DNA of 64,000 nt, from assembly GCA_964247055.1 (NCBI GenBank), contig OZ176053.1, positions 5,270,001-5,334,000 on the forward strand, written 5' to 3'. The notes under the pieces were generated by a model. It was not told where the DNA came from and did not search any database. It saw only the letters and a program-made list of their open reading frames with translations. Within the stretch, counting starts at the first letter, position 1. Each line of letters starts with the position of its first letter. Source of the stretch: Paragordius varius. Lineage: Eukaryota > Animalia > Nematomorpha. Below are positions 1-12,210 of this stretch, piece after piece. The position numbers were made by a program, and so were the translations under genes.

Positions 1-300
1 GACTTTTTAATTTCGATTGCTAAATTAATCTTTTAAAGGGTTTGTTGACATTGTGTAATAACTCGGTTTTAATTATCTGGTGGCCTTTGTTGCAGACGTG
101 CTCTGCTAGGCTACAATTAGGTTTGTTGACATTGTGTAATAACTCGGTTTTAATTATCTGGTGGCCTTTGTTGCAGACGTGCTCTGCTAGGCTACAATTA
201 GGTTTGTTGTGCTTAATATACTGTTGATGTTCTCTAATCTAATATTGATGAATCTGCTTGTCTCACCTACGTAAACTTCATTGTAAGAACAAGTAGCCTT
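1..300 (-). mobile_element. Inverted fragment of a Penelope-like GIY-YIG region, containing an 81-bp tandem duplication
   Basis: The reverse complement of 1-300 aligns by eye with ~619-835 (e.g. aaggctacttgttct...gagacaagcaga...cctagcaga.cacgtctgcaac.aaggccac). The 81-bp unit starting ggtttgttgac occurs at 39-119 and 120-200, with a partial third copy at 201. Confidence 0.8.
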
Positions 301-329
301 CAGTAATTAACACCTTAATAAAACGAGCC

Positions 330-900
330 TACAATATATGTTATCCAACCTCACTCAAGTCAATCAATACACTCAAAAATTTATTTGAACTTAATGGTTA
401 CTCAAAAGATTTTGATAAATACATAATAAAACAACACGAAAAAATGATAATACTTTGTGGCGACTGCTATTTTATCTTACATTCAAAATGTTACCCCAAA
501 ATTTGGCAAAATCCTAAATAAATTTAATATTAGGTAAGTATAAACACCTTTTAAAAAACTAATAAATCTTACAAAAGTTAGAGATCCCATTCCTCGAGAC
601 AAATTACCCGGGATATATAAGGCTACTTGTTCTTGTAATGAAGTTTACATAGGCGAGACAAGCAGATCCATCAATATTAGATTAAGAAAACTTCAACAGT
701 ATATCAAGGGCAACAAATCTAATTTTGGCCTAGCAGAACACGTCTGCAACGAAGGCCACAAAATAATTAAAACCGAGATATTACACAATATCAATAACCC
801 CTTTAAAAAATAATTTTAGAAGCGATTGAAATTAAGAATAATGCTCTACTTAAAAGCTTACAATCTATCATCAATATGGACTTATGTTCTATGGCAATAG
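330..900 (+). mobile_element. Degraded Penelope-like retroelement 3' part (GIY-YIG endonuclease)
   Basis: One frame from ~583 reads DPIPRDKLPGIYKATCSCNEVYIGETSRSINIRL, a literal GIY...YIG motif. Frameshifts and stops occur on both sides. Confidence 0.85.
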
Positions 901-1149
901 CAACAGAATTAATCAATTTTTATTATCTAATATAATATTCTCCACTTTCCATTACACCCACTTAATTATATGTACTAGTTTCCAGAATTTTACTTAATCC
1001 TATAATTGCTTTCCACTGGTATATATAGTAGTGCGTTTTCATTTTCGCCACTATGATCAAGATCATGCTAACATAATCGAAATATAAGTTCTATTAATAA
1101 GTATTTTATTTGTTAATAATATATTCATACGTCTGCCAAAATTCATTTT

Positions 1150-2150
1150 ATATTCATACCATATGTTCTTAATAATTTTTGAAAGAATGGCCTTAAAACT
1201 AAAAAAAAACTTCAATGAGCCCATTTTCAGGGCGTAAAGGGCTCAATTAACGGCCAATTTAAAAAAACCACTCTTACGGGTATTTCAGGCCCTTATTAAT
1301 TATATGGCGTGATAAGTTTTCTGAAAATCAACTCCTAAACAACGCCATTTCAATATGTGGGGCAGTTTTAGGCGGGTAGCTCATTACCCAGAGTCTGATA
1401 CAAAAAAGCGCTTGATTAAAATTTTTGCCTTTTGGAGAATACCTAATATCATGAGTGATTCCATATGCTCTCGTTAATTTTTGGAAAAATTGCCTAAAAC
1501 TAAAAAATCACTAGATGATGGCACATTTTTGAGGGCGTGAAGTGCCTAATTAACCCGCTAATTTTAACAAACCGCTCCACCTAAATTTTTGCCTTGTTAC
1601 GAATAATATTTTAAGCATCTATCGGACTAATATGGCTGATAGGTTTTCTGAATTTAGCCCCAAAGGCATGCTATTTCGATATGACGGGGCAGTTTTTAGA
1701 GGGTATATCCTTACCCAGCAGCGAATAAAGAAACTTTCAGCAGGGAATACCTCGAATTCTCATTGAACTTTTACGTTCTCATACCCTGGGCAAAAAATAG
1801 ATTCAAAAAATTATTTTTGTGGACTTAATTTTTTTTGAAAAAAATGGCATTTTACGGGGCTGTAAGAAGATGTCCCAAAGCCGACTATGTTCGGCGCAAT
1901 CGAAAATAAGTAAAAAATTCATATTTGAAATCGAATAAACACGTTTTCCGGAAAATTTTCTCATAGACACGATTTTTAAGGACTTGTTTCCAAAAAAACC
2001 GTTTTATACACGGAGTGGGCCCGAACTGTGGGCTTAATTCAAAAAAAGGGCGAAGCTATTGTCGGGGCAGTCATTAAAAATTATATTTTTTTCACATTAG
2101 GATTTGAATGAGTCTTTCGGTTTTCCAGTAGATCACAACTCCGGCATTTT
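1150..2150. repeat. Dispersed complex repeat with internal diverged subunits (copy 1)
   Basis: Shares reverse-complement blocks with 24900-26050: cgaagctattgtcggggc vs gccccgacaatagcttcg; gtgggcccgaactg vs cagttcgggcccac; ggcgggtagctc vs gagctacccgcc. Boundaries approximate. Confidence 0.65.
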
Positions 2151-2288
2151 CCATTTTTATAAATATATAGATTCCTAAAATTTAAATTAAAGTAAAAATT
2201 AATATTTTAATTTTTAAAATATTTAATTGTTCGGTAAAGGATTAACTCATTCATTTCTACATTTTGTCCTTTCCTATTCTATTTTTAA

Positions 2289-3285
2289 CACTTGGATGCA
2301 ACACATTTCAGTCCTTCGATTCATATTCGGTCGATGGATACCACAGCCCTGTTTAAAATTTAGTACTTCATAAAATATGGAAATTATTACCATAGGAGAA
2401 GTTTGCATTTATATTAAATTAATGTACCGAAATATAAAAAAAATTCTTTCAATGCTAGATATTACTTATTTTAAGGTAAACCCAACGTAAAAATTTAGTC
2501 AACATGACATGTGTGCATTAGCTAACTTTTTCTGTTCTTATCAACTTAAGATGTGATATAAATAAAAATTAGCTTTTTACCTTTGTATATAAACACCATA
2601 TTTGGTAAAAATGTTGTAAAATCAAAATGGCGGAAGTAGTTTGATAGGGAACTTTTTTCAAAACTCAATTTTATTTAGATATTTTGGTATATTTAGGATA
2701 GAAGCATATATTTATGGGGCCGTTTCTTTCAGTAGTTTTTTTTAAAATATCAACTTAACACTTGGATTCAACACATTCATTATAGTCCTTCGGTTCAAAT
2801 TGGGTTAGTTAAATACCCCAGGCCTGTAAAATAAATTTTAAAATATGATAGGAATCGAAACCATGGTAAAATTTTGCTCTTATATAACATTAATAAACCG
2901 AAATATATAAATTTCATTCAAAACCGAAAGGTAAAGATTTAGTCAACGTGACATGTGTGCAATGGTAAAATTGAAAAATAATACAAAATAAACCGCTTTT
3001 TATTTCTATCAATGTTAGATGTTATTTAAATAAAAAATCAGCTTTAATTTTACCCTTAAAATTAAATGAAAACTAATTTTTGTAAATTAAAAATGGCGTC
3101 GAAGTAGTTTGACATGGAACTTTTTTTCCAAAACAAAATTTTATTTAGAAATTTTGGCATATTTATATAATTTATATTAGAATAGAAGCATAAATTTAAA
3201 TTGGGACCGTTTCCTTCAGTAGTTTTTTAAAAATCTTAACTCAAATTTAGTCTGGGGTATTTAGATACCCCAATTTGAATCGGTG
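2289..3285. mobile_element. TTAA-flanked MITE family A: partial copy (2289-2754) followed by a complete copy (2759-3285)
   Basis: TTAA|cacttgga starts at 2285 and 2755; gaatcggtg|TTAA ends at 3289. The body matches 15429-16007 and ~27893-28390. A duplicated right end lies at ~3290-3332. Confidence 0.75.
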
Positions 3286-4689
3286 TTAAATATACTCTGG
3301 ATTTAGATACCCGAATTTCAATCGAGTGCTAATTTCATTTTTTAACGTAAAAATAAATATTTTTAAGCAGTTTAATTGTTTTATATATAAAATTAATTAG
3401 TTATTGAAAAGTATTTTGATGGCACGCACACAATGTACATTCGGATTATGTCAATTTGCAATCAGAGATGCTAAATTTGGAAAATTAAAATGTATTGCCT
3501 ATATTTCTCTCAATATTATTAATAATCATGTGAAAATACCGCTAGCTTAAAATTGTACGGGTAAAACTCATGAATGTAAATGAAAGGAAACCAAGACTAG
3601 ATAACCTGTTTTTCGCAGTACAGTACTGGGTTTTCGAAAAAAACTGCGCATGTACTGCGCCTTTTCTACTGCTTTATGAAATAAGAAAAAAATTAAAGTA
3701 CCTCTGTTAAAATAATCCCAATTCGTAATATAAGGTTTATATTTCGGTAAAAAACTAGAAGTCTATTTTTAATTGGTTAAAATATTTTCTACTCGAATCA
3801 CACATGGAATTAGCTTCTAAACCGGTCAAACCGCTTGTGAATGCAGTTGCGCAGTCATGCAAATATGTCTTTTAAAAAATAATATTTGAAGGAAACAATA
3901 TATTTGATGATTACTGCAGATATTAAATCTTTTAAAGATAATACAGAACAATCTTATGAAAGTTTTGTTCCCTTTACAATTCGTAAAAAAGAAAACTCGG
4001 AATAGTATTAGTGAAATAATTAAAATAAGTAAAAGTTTATTATGAGGATTGATAAAATTAACACCTCGTCATAGCAGCGTGAAAAACACAACATTTTAAT
4101 TGGGTGTTCTGTGTCTATAGATTGTTCGAAAAGATATTGAAATATCTTTATTAACCATTAAAAAAATTTTATTGCTTTAATTATAAAATTGAAATTTTTG
4201 GTGATGTAAGTAAAATAACAGGATAAAAAGATACACAAATATATCCAAGAAGTTTCTCACGCAAAATCTCTGCTGTGAGAATTCAAAAAGCTTGATTCAA
4301 TATTTTTCTCTAATTGCAACCAATGCGGCCAAACGGTTTTTCATATATCGTAAAAGAACACAAGTAAATCAAGATATGTTGTCAAATCATCTTATCAAAA
4401 AGCCACATAATTTTCATAAGAGTTTGTGATATATATTCTTTCCTTAAATTTATGATTAATTTGGGTGAGATATAATGATATTTTTAAAGCAGGTATGCCA
4501 TTATAATATTAGTATATATATCCATATTCTAAGCTTCATTACATTGTATTTTTTGGCAATGTTATATTGGGGTAAATTTCACCCCAGGGCTTAACGTAGT
4601 AGTTTTGAAAGTTTTTTGGTTTAATTTAATTCTCAAACCTTCTTCTCCTGTATTAGGTGAAAAAACTTAAAATTTTAAAAGTTGTCTGA

Positions 4690-5074
4690 CTTTTGTCATA
4701 AGGGATTCGACAACAACCCCGTTTATTTTCCATTTCTTTATAAAATATTTGTCGCATAAAACGAAAATAGAACAAGCCAATTGTTATCGATGTGCAATGC
4801 ATCTTAATGTGGCTAAAAGACAGCATTTCATATTTTTATTAATATACTAAATGGGTATTGTCACGCGACGACAATAATTGTTAATTCGATGGAAAAATTT
4901 ATATAAACTTTTAAATTTTGGGGAATGTTAAACTAACCCGATCATGATTTGAACACAGGGAAATTAATAATAAAGAATGGTAAACGTAAAGTTAATCTAA
5001 AAATGCTTTACAGATTTTTTTGGACTGGTATTTTTTGACCCGTATTTTTACAGGCGTGCAAACCAAAGGGTTAA
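4690..5074 (+). mobile_element. Possible decayed piggyBac right end
   Basis: QANCYRCAMHLNVAKRQHF near 4780-4830 resembles the piggyBac C-terminal Cys-rich motif. The segment ends in caaaggg|TTAA at ~5064-5074. No matching left end was found. Confidence 0.35.
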
Positions 5075-5205
5075 TTAATGGCTCTTATTGAATGCGCCTT
5101 TCTGCCCAGAATTTCTTTAAAGTCAACATTTTAATATCACATATATCAAATAAGGACAAAATAGGGTTTTGGAAAAAAATTCTTAACAATGAATATAACT
5201 TAAGC

Positions 5206-7527
5206 CAGTGGTACTCACCAAAAAAATTTGACGGGTCAAATAAAATATATTTTTTTTCTCGAGGGCCATGAACCTTATAATGGCAAATATTCCATAGCTA
5301 TTTGAACATATGGACATATTTATACTCTAAATTAGCACGAATTTTTTGAGTATCGCATGATCCAACTAAAAATCGTTTTGCACCATTTAGTTTAAAAAAT
5401 TAAAATATTTTGATATTAACCAATAACAAGCCAATCTTAATACGTTTGTCCATATGATTATCGGTTAAGCGATTTCTGTATGTATTCTTAACATACTTCA
5501 TTTAGGAATATGTCGTCTTACACGTGTAAGTTGAGGGAAAAACAGTTAGAATAACTTGACAAAAATTTTTTTATTTTCATATTTATTTGGCACATCTTAC
5601 CAAAACTCTACACATCTTTCTACTCTAAGATTCTCCTTGAATATAGTCTCCAAATTGGATTCATTTTTAAAATCTACGAATTCTTTAATCATATGCGCCT
5701 GATCAAAACCGAAATGCTCAAATCGCTTAATATTGGATCCATATGCCATGGATTTTAAATGAGTTTTAAGCAATATTTCTTGATTCAAATCTGAATTTCA
5801 TCTCATTATATAAAAATGTTAAATGATTGTCTATTATTAAATTAATCTCCGCGTTAAATTTTATATTTTCTTCATGAATCGTTTTAAGTGTTGGAAAATA
5901 TGGGAGTGTTTTTTATAAAATCTGGATTATTAGCAAATTGGGTTATTATTTTGCTCCCTTGAAGACTTGTATTAAAACTAAGATAAATAATGTCGCAAAG
6001 GTAGGCTAATAAAACTCACCATTTGGCACTATTAATTTCCTCGTCAATTTTTCTGTTATCTTTATGATAATAGAATTTCATAACTTTAAACAAAAAATCA
6101 CAGCGGTGTACAAAAGAATATAATCAAACCACTGTGGATATCTTTCAGAAGGTTTGTGAATATACGCGGTTTAAATTCTTTGCCACGGATGTGGTTAACC
6201 ATATTTACAACCTTTTTAATTACTGATTTGAGTGATTCATCTTTTACACGCGAAACCAAGTTTTGCTGATGAATAAGGCAGTGAAAGGATAAAATATTTT
6301 GCAAATTATATTTGTTTTTAAAAAGAATAAATCTTTTGTTTATTCCAATCATAGAGGGACAGATATCTGTGGAGATCATCAATTTCATAATCCATTATTA
6401 TCGAAAAAAGTGCTAATTATTTCGAGAAAATTTCCTTTCGTGGTATTATTCATTGGTAAAAATTTTAAACATTCCTCGTTGATCATGTTGTCGTTGCAAA
6501 ATCTCACGAAGAGCGCACATTGAGGTGTTGTAATATCAGTCCTAAAATCAATAGTAATACAAAAGTATTTGCAGTTTTTCAGAGCCAATAATGTATTGTT
6601 AAAAATATATTTAGACATATCTTGAATGCGCCGCGCACATGTTGAATCAAAGTTGAAGTTTTTTTAATTTGCCTTATGATTTTTATCTTTATTATGGAAT
6701 TTATCAAAAAAAGTGCAACCATTTATTAGACATTCCTTTAATAGCTGGGAATCAGTAAACGGTTTCATATTTTTTCCTTAAATATAGCAAATTTCATACG
6801 GAGGACATTTTAGATTTTTCCTATAATTCCTTAATCTTTTTATATTTTTCGTTTCTTTCCTATTGATTTTCGGGTAATTAATGAAAATGGATTGTAAAAT
6901 GTGTATCAATATTGTATTTTTATATAATTATGCTGTCCTTACATATATGGCAGTCAACAACATTTTTATTTTGAACGACAAAGAATTTTTTTCCCATTGT
7001 TTTTTACGAAGCGATTTTCATCGGATGATTTATGTTTTTTGGCATTAGATGTCATCCTTTGAATTTATGTTTAAATATTATGTAGATATTTTCAAAAAAT
7101 TAGGAATATAATTTGAATTATGATATAAAAAACAGGTCGAAATTTATGATGTTATTTTAAAAAATATTTTATGGGAATGAGTTATAAAAAATGATGCAGG
7201 ATAGCAATGAAAAGAATATGTATATGGAAGTTTGAGTGAAATGCTTGCTTAAATACAAAAAAGGAATTCAATAAAAATGTCAAAATAGACAAGAAAATAG
7301 AATAATGAAACAGAATCAACGTGTGCCAAAATTTTGAAATCATTCTAATGTAAGGAAATTTTTCTACATTTAAATTGGGTAAAAAATAAAATATACGAAA
7401 ATTCGTTTATGTGTATTTTAAAAATTCATCAAAAAAAATTAATATAATTATCAATATGGTCATAGGGCAATTTTAAAGCACTCTAAGGGCCGCATGCGGC
7501 CCGCGGGCCGCGGTTTGAGTATCACTG
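5206..7527 (-). mobile_element. Decayed hAT transposon (SPIN/Charlie/GTF2IRD2-like transposase)
   Basis: Termini cagtggtactca / tgagtatcactg; perfect 8-bp TSD ACTTAAGC at 5198-5205 and 7528-7535. Broken transposase frames include YFCITIDFRTDITTPQCALFVRF and FHCLIHQQNL. Confidence 0.92.
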
Positions 7528-7779
7528 ACTTAAGCTCTCCATGACATTTATAGTTTTATATCTCAGAGCTAGTAAGTCCGAATATCTTAAAAAATATTTA
7601 TATTAAGCCGAATATATAATTATATGCTTGCTTTAGCCTTTTAGCCACATAATACAATATTTTAAAAGATTTAAATTGTAAAATAATCATTATCTCAAAC
7701 TTTTTCGCCGCCATTTTCTTCCTTTTAATTTTTTTTAACTGCTAATGCAACAGGCAAATAAATATATTATAGTTAAATG

Positions 7780-8056
7780 TGAATAATTATTAAAAAGGTT
7801 TCAGGCTATATTTTAGCAGAAACTTTGTGTATTTAGATTTTAATATCAGCTGTTTATTTAGAACGGGTTTTGGAGCTTTCCTAATTTTAGACTCTAGAAG
7901 TCACAAAACTGTAAAAAATGTTAGCTTTTTTATGTGATACATGATAAAATTTTAATTTATATAATGACTTTCAAAACAATAGTTTAGCTGTGGGATATAA
8001 AACTCCTCCAATATGTCAACTAGGACAAAAAGTGAAAAGCTCATTAAGTGGTAAAT
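7780..8056. repeat. Inverted partial copy of TTAA-flanked MITE family A2
   Basis: caactaggacaaaaagtgaaaa...aagtg and tcagctgtt...ctctagaagtcac match the reverse complement of 24179-24526. Confidence 0.55.
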
Positions 8057-9034
8057 TTATGCTTTTTACTCATTTTTGACCATCATGTGGTTAACTTTTT
8101 ATTTTTTGCGAAGAATTTTTATTTGCGATAAATTTTAAGCGGGTGGTCCCAAACACACGACAATTTTAAAAAACTGCTTTTGTAAATTAGCATTTAATGG
8201 GAATAGATGTTGACAGAATTACTTTAGATATTATATAATGCGGAGTCTGATGGGATCGTTGACCAAGGGTTTGATTTTTAAAAATCGCTTAAAAATATTC
8301 GCCTTTCGGGGGATTTGTAAGTGAAAAAAAATATTATTGAATATGAATGGCCATATCTATTCTTCTAATTTTTACAGATGCGATAATTTGTTATCAATTC
8401 CTACTTGTACGTGAGTTAAGGATATGGATTAATTCAATAAATAGGTCCACATAGATCCATCCAACAAATGAATAAAAAATATTGATTATTAAATTTGTAT
8501 GATCCTTTGTTGTTGATTGCGCTTGTAGTCAATTAACGACCATTATCGATATTATAGGAAAACTTCTTCCAATCGGTTCTGTCGTGGGGTTTTCGGGATA
8601 CGTTTACCGAAAAAATGCTTGAAAATGTCCATTTTTTATGTTAAAATGCTAAGATACTATTTATGAAGACCTTTGGATTAAATATAATTTTATCCATCTT
8701 TGAAAAAAATACTCAATGCAATTTTTTCCTATTGATTCCAAATAAAAACCTAATAACACGGATAAATTTATTTATGATTATATAATTAGCGAATTAAATT
8801 AAAATGGACCCAAAACATATTGCATCCATAATAAATAGGCATTATATATTACCCTAAATATGAAATTAATGGAATCAATCTCTTCGGGTGTTATGGAGAC
8901 TGACAATAATAAATATACTATATAAATTTATTATATGTTCTAATATAAAGATATGTTCATGATTAAATTTAATTAAAAATATACGGACACATAAAAATAT
9001 ATCGATTGATTAATTACTAATTAAAAAATATAAA

Positions 9035-11826
9035 TTAAGCCATTTTCTCTTTTAGTTCTGATTGTATAATATCAATAATGGGTTTGAGATCTCCATTTCG
9101 ATCAATTTTGAGATACAAATCGTTTCTTAGGTTGAGAAATTCAAACCATCCCGGTGCAAAAGCTTTTAGGGTTTTCAAGTACATCTGCAAAGTTTTGCCA
9201 GATTCTAATACAGAAATTATATTTTATGCAATAAACATTTTTTCAAATTAGTTAAATATGGAGGCTTTATTTGTAAAAAACCTTTTATTAAAACAAATTT
9301 AATTGAAATACACAATCAAAATACCATTTAAAAAGACAGAATGTATGCTATCTTTAACGCGCTTATTAACGTAACTGAATTGAAGGGCTGATTTGCCTTC
9401 ACTAGTATATAAATTATGTATGCATCTAATAATCATTGGTAGTTTCTGCAGCAGTTGTAAATAGGAGTCTTCCGTTTCGTTTCTTGTCATTTCTATTAAA
9501 TTTCGTTGGGCCTCTTTTGCACGAACCTAAATACAGGTTTTTTATATTTGTATATTCAAAAAATGGAAAGAAATAAATCGGGTTTTTTTGGCTATTGAAA
9601 ATTTTAGCATAGACATCGTAGCATTTTTAAATATAGAATGCATAATATAGGGTTAATATCATTGGTTATAAAAACAATAAAGCTTAATTCTTTTAACAAA
9701 CAATTTCCCGTAAATGAGAAATATTTATATAAATGCATCAAAGAAATACCATTTGAATGAGGCTCGGACTTACACCTTTTAGATAAGGCGATGCTTTCGC
9801 GTCATCATTCACTTCTTCGCAAATCGGTGTTAGCGACCTCCCAGAGATTTTATCAGTTTTTTCGCTTTCAAAGTTAAAGCTTCTCCGAACATTTTCAGCA
9901 ACAGGAGTGTGCATATTCGATTGGTTAAAGCGGTCCAAGTTTGCCGTTCTGGTAGATTTAGGCGTTTGTTCAACGTTAGACATATTATCTTGAATATATT
10001 TTAGGGCAGTTTGCTTACCATCATGTGAAACAGTTAATGGTGATTGAATTATTGGTGTATACTTTCCATGACTTTTCATCATAATGGGAAAGAGTGATTT
10101 TGATTGTTTAGGCGTTGAAAAAATATTTGTGTGGCATGTTTGTTTTTTTGGCGTTTTAGAGCCATCATGCTCTATCATGGAATCGTTATTTTGATGTGGA
10201 CTGCTTACATCATTACCAAAAGTTGATTTGTTGGGATTATTGTAACGCAAACTAAATGGAGATATTGGTGACATGGCATGAAGTTTTTCTACTTGACCAA
10301 TCGCCCGACGTGTCTAAAATATGCGTAAAGAATTATAACGCTAAATTAACATTTATTTCGTAATAAATTGAAATACAGAAGTCATTTTAAAAAGCCTAAA
10401 AAATTGTTTGATTTTGCGTATATTCGGAAAAATTTAGATTATTAATTTACTCTTGGGCTCATCGATGCAGTAATTTTATTGAAAGTAGCAGAGGCTAAAA
10501 CGTCTGAATTAGATGCAGATTTGGGTAAAGGCGCACTTTCAATCAAGGGGGCCGCCTCAATAGAAATTGTTGGGTGCCATTTTGTAATTTTATTACCGGG
10601 TGAATCCTCAATATCACTATATTCTTCGGTAAAAAGGTTGTTTTGTAGAAGGAAACTCTAAAAATACAAACATAAATATTTATTACTATTCATTTAAAAT
10701 TAAAACTCATTATAACAAATCCTCATTTAATTTTTACTTTGTGAAATTGTTTCATACGGGTCACCAAATTTTGGTAAAATATAGCGCGTCGTTGTATCAA
10801 AATTTGGGAATTAAAAACGTTACCAAGAGCATCATTTACAGTATCTGTAAATAATATTAAATATATAATGGAGTAAAAATGAATATTAATATAATATTGA
10901 GATTATTACTAAATTGTTAATATGAACATATATTTTTTAATATAACTTGTGAAATTTGGCTTAATGGAAATTTTTTCCACTGTTGTAAGTTGGGATGGAA
11001 TTTTGAATCTTTCCAAAGAAATTTTATAAGCCTCGGGATAAACTGTAATGATTTGACCCAAATGATCTGATGTAAACTTTCTAATATTAAAATATTAATA
11101 TTTCAAAAAGACTGAATAGGGAATAAAAAATGGTGCAAATCCAATTACTTTCTTCGCATTTGTTCCACGCCTTCTTTCAATTTATCAAACCAACAGATTT
11201 CTTTTCGATTAAAATATATGCTAACAATATGATCTGAATATTTGAAAATGTCAAAAATTGATTCATATTTTGTCGATAATGGTAACTTTTTATCTAATTT
11301 TTCGTTTTGTTTAGCTGTTACAGATGTACTTTTGCTTTCATTTTTAATTAATGGGTATGATACTGCAGCCTTTATTCTTTGTGCATTTATCATATCCATT
11401 AATGTAGACTTAGTTGGTGATACTTTCTTTGGGAGGCTTGCTATTTGGTCTACATCTTCTTGGATATCACATTCACTGGAATTTTTATTTCCAATGATAC
11501 ATTGTGACTTTTCTTCAATTTTTTGTGCTAAAACTATTTCTTCAATTTTTTGTGCTAAAACTATTTCTTCTGGAACATTTTCCGGGGCTGCCAAAAGCTT
11601 TAGCTTAATATTTACATTAGTTTTAGATGGATTATTTTTCTGGAATATTTTAACATACAAATACCTTTTTCACACATTTGGAGGGTTTGGTTTTGTTTGC
11701 CACTTGACATGTATTACTAAAAAAATAAAAATGAAAATACCTTATAGTTTTAAGCTTCTTTGCATCGGTAAAATCTGCAAAGGAATTTTTTCTTTTAGGG
11801 AAATAATTTGTTATTAGTTCATTCAT
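9035..11826 (-). CDS. CDT1: DNA replication licensing factor Cdt1 (multi-exon, about 9 exons)
   Basis: The spliced product carries recognisable Cdt1 blocks in the correct order: N-terminal MNELITNYFPKRK (PIP-degron-like); LPLSTKYESIFDIFKYSDHIVSIYFNRKEICWFDKLKEGVEQM; KFTSDHLGQIITVYPEAY; QRRAIFYQNL; TKWHPTISIEAAPLIESAPLP; LKGVSPSLIQMVRAKEAQ; LQKLPMIIRCIHNLYTSEGKSAL; APGWFEFLNLRNDLYLKIDRNGDL. GT-AG junctions keep the frame. ATG at 11826, TAA at 9035-9037. Confidence 0.93.
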
Positions 11827-11846
11827 AATAATGCGGGGTTTTTGAG

Positions 11847-11854
11847 TTTCGCGG
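11847..11854. promoter_or_regulatory. Candidate E2F site (TTTCGCGG) immediately upstream of the CDT1 start codon
   Basis: A GC-rich octamer resembling the E2F consensus lies ~20 bp upstream of the ATG in an otherwise CpG-poor region. CDT1 is a known E2F target in animals. Function is inferred. Confidence 0.4.
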
Positions 11855-12210
11855 AATTTATATTATACACGAGGTACACAAATATGTTTTTGATTATTTT
11901 TTATCATTGAATTTTTTGGTAAATCTTTCACTTATGCATTGACATTAAAACTTAAATATAAATAATTATAATATAATTTCATCACTAGATAGGATAGCTG
12001 ACGCCTCCAGCTATATTCTAATAAGAAAATTCATCAGGATGATCATGGTGCTTGTTTGGGCCTTACGAGTAATATAAGGTGACTATAACCACATTTATTG
12101 TACCTACTCCATATAAAAAAATGGCAAAATTTGGGCAATTTGACTGAATAGACTTTGGTAAAAGCTAAATGTTTCATTCCGAAAAAACTCACTACAACAC
12201 ATCCTATACT

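Noticed and set aside
42-227. 61-aa ORF with an internal duplication
   Set aside because: It is the antisense reading of the duplicated 81-bp Penelope fragment.
11242-11817. 191-aa hydrophobic plus-strand ORF as a membrane protein
   Set aside because: It is the antisense shadow of Lys/Glu-rich CDT1 exons; A-rich codons give Phe/Leu/Ile-rich reverse frames.
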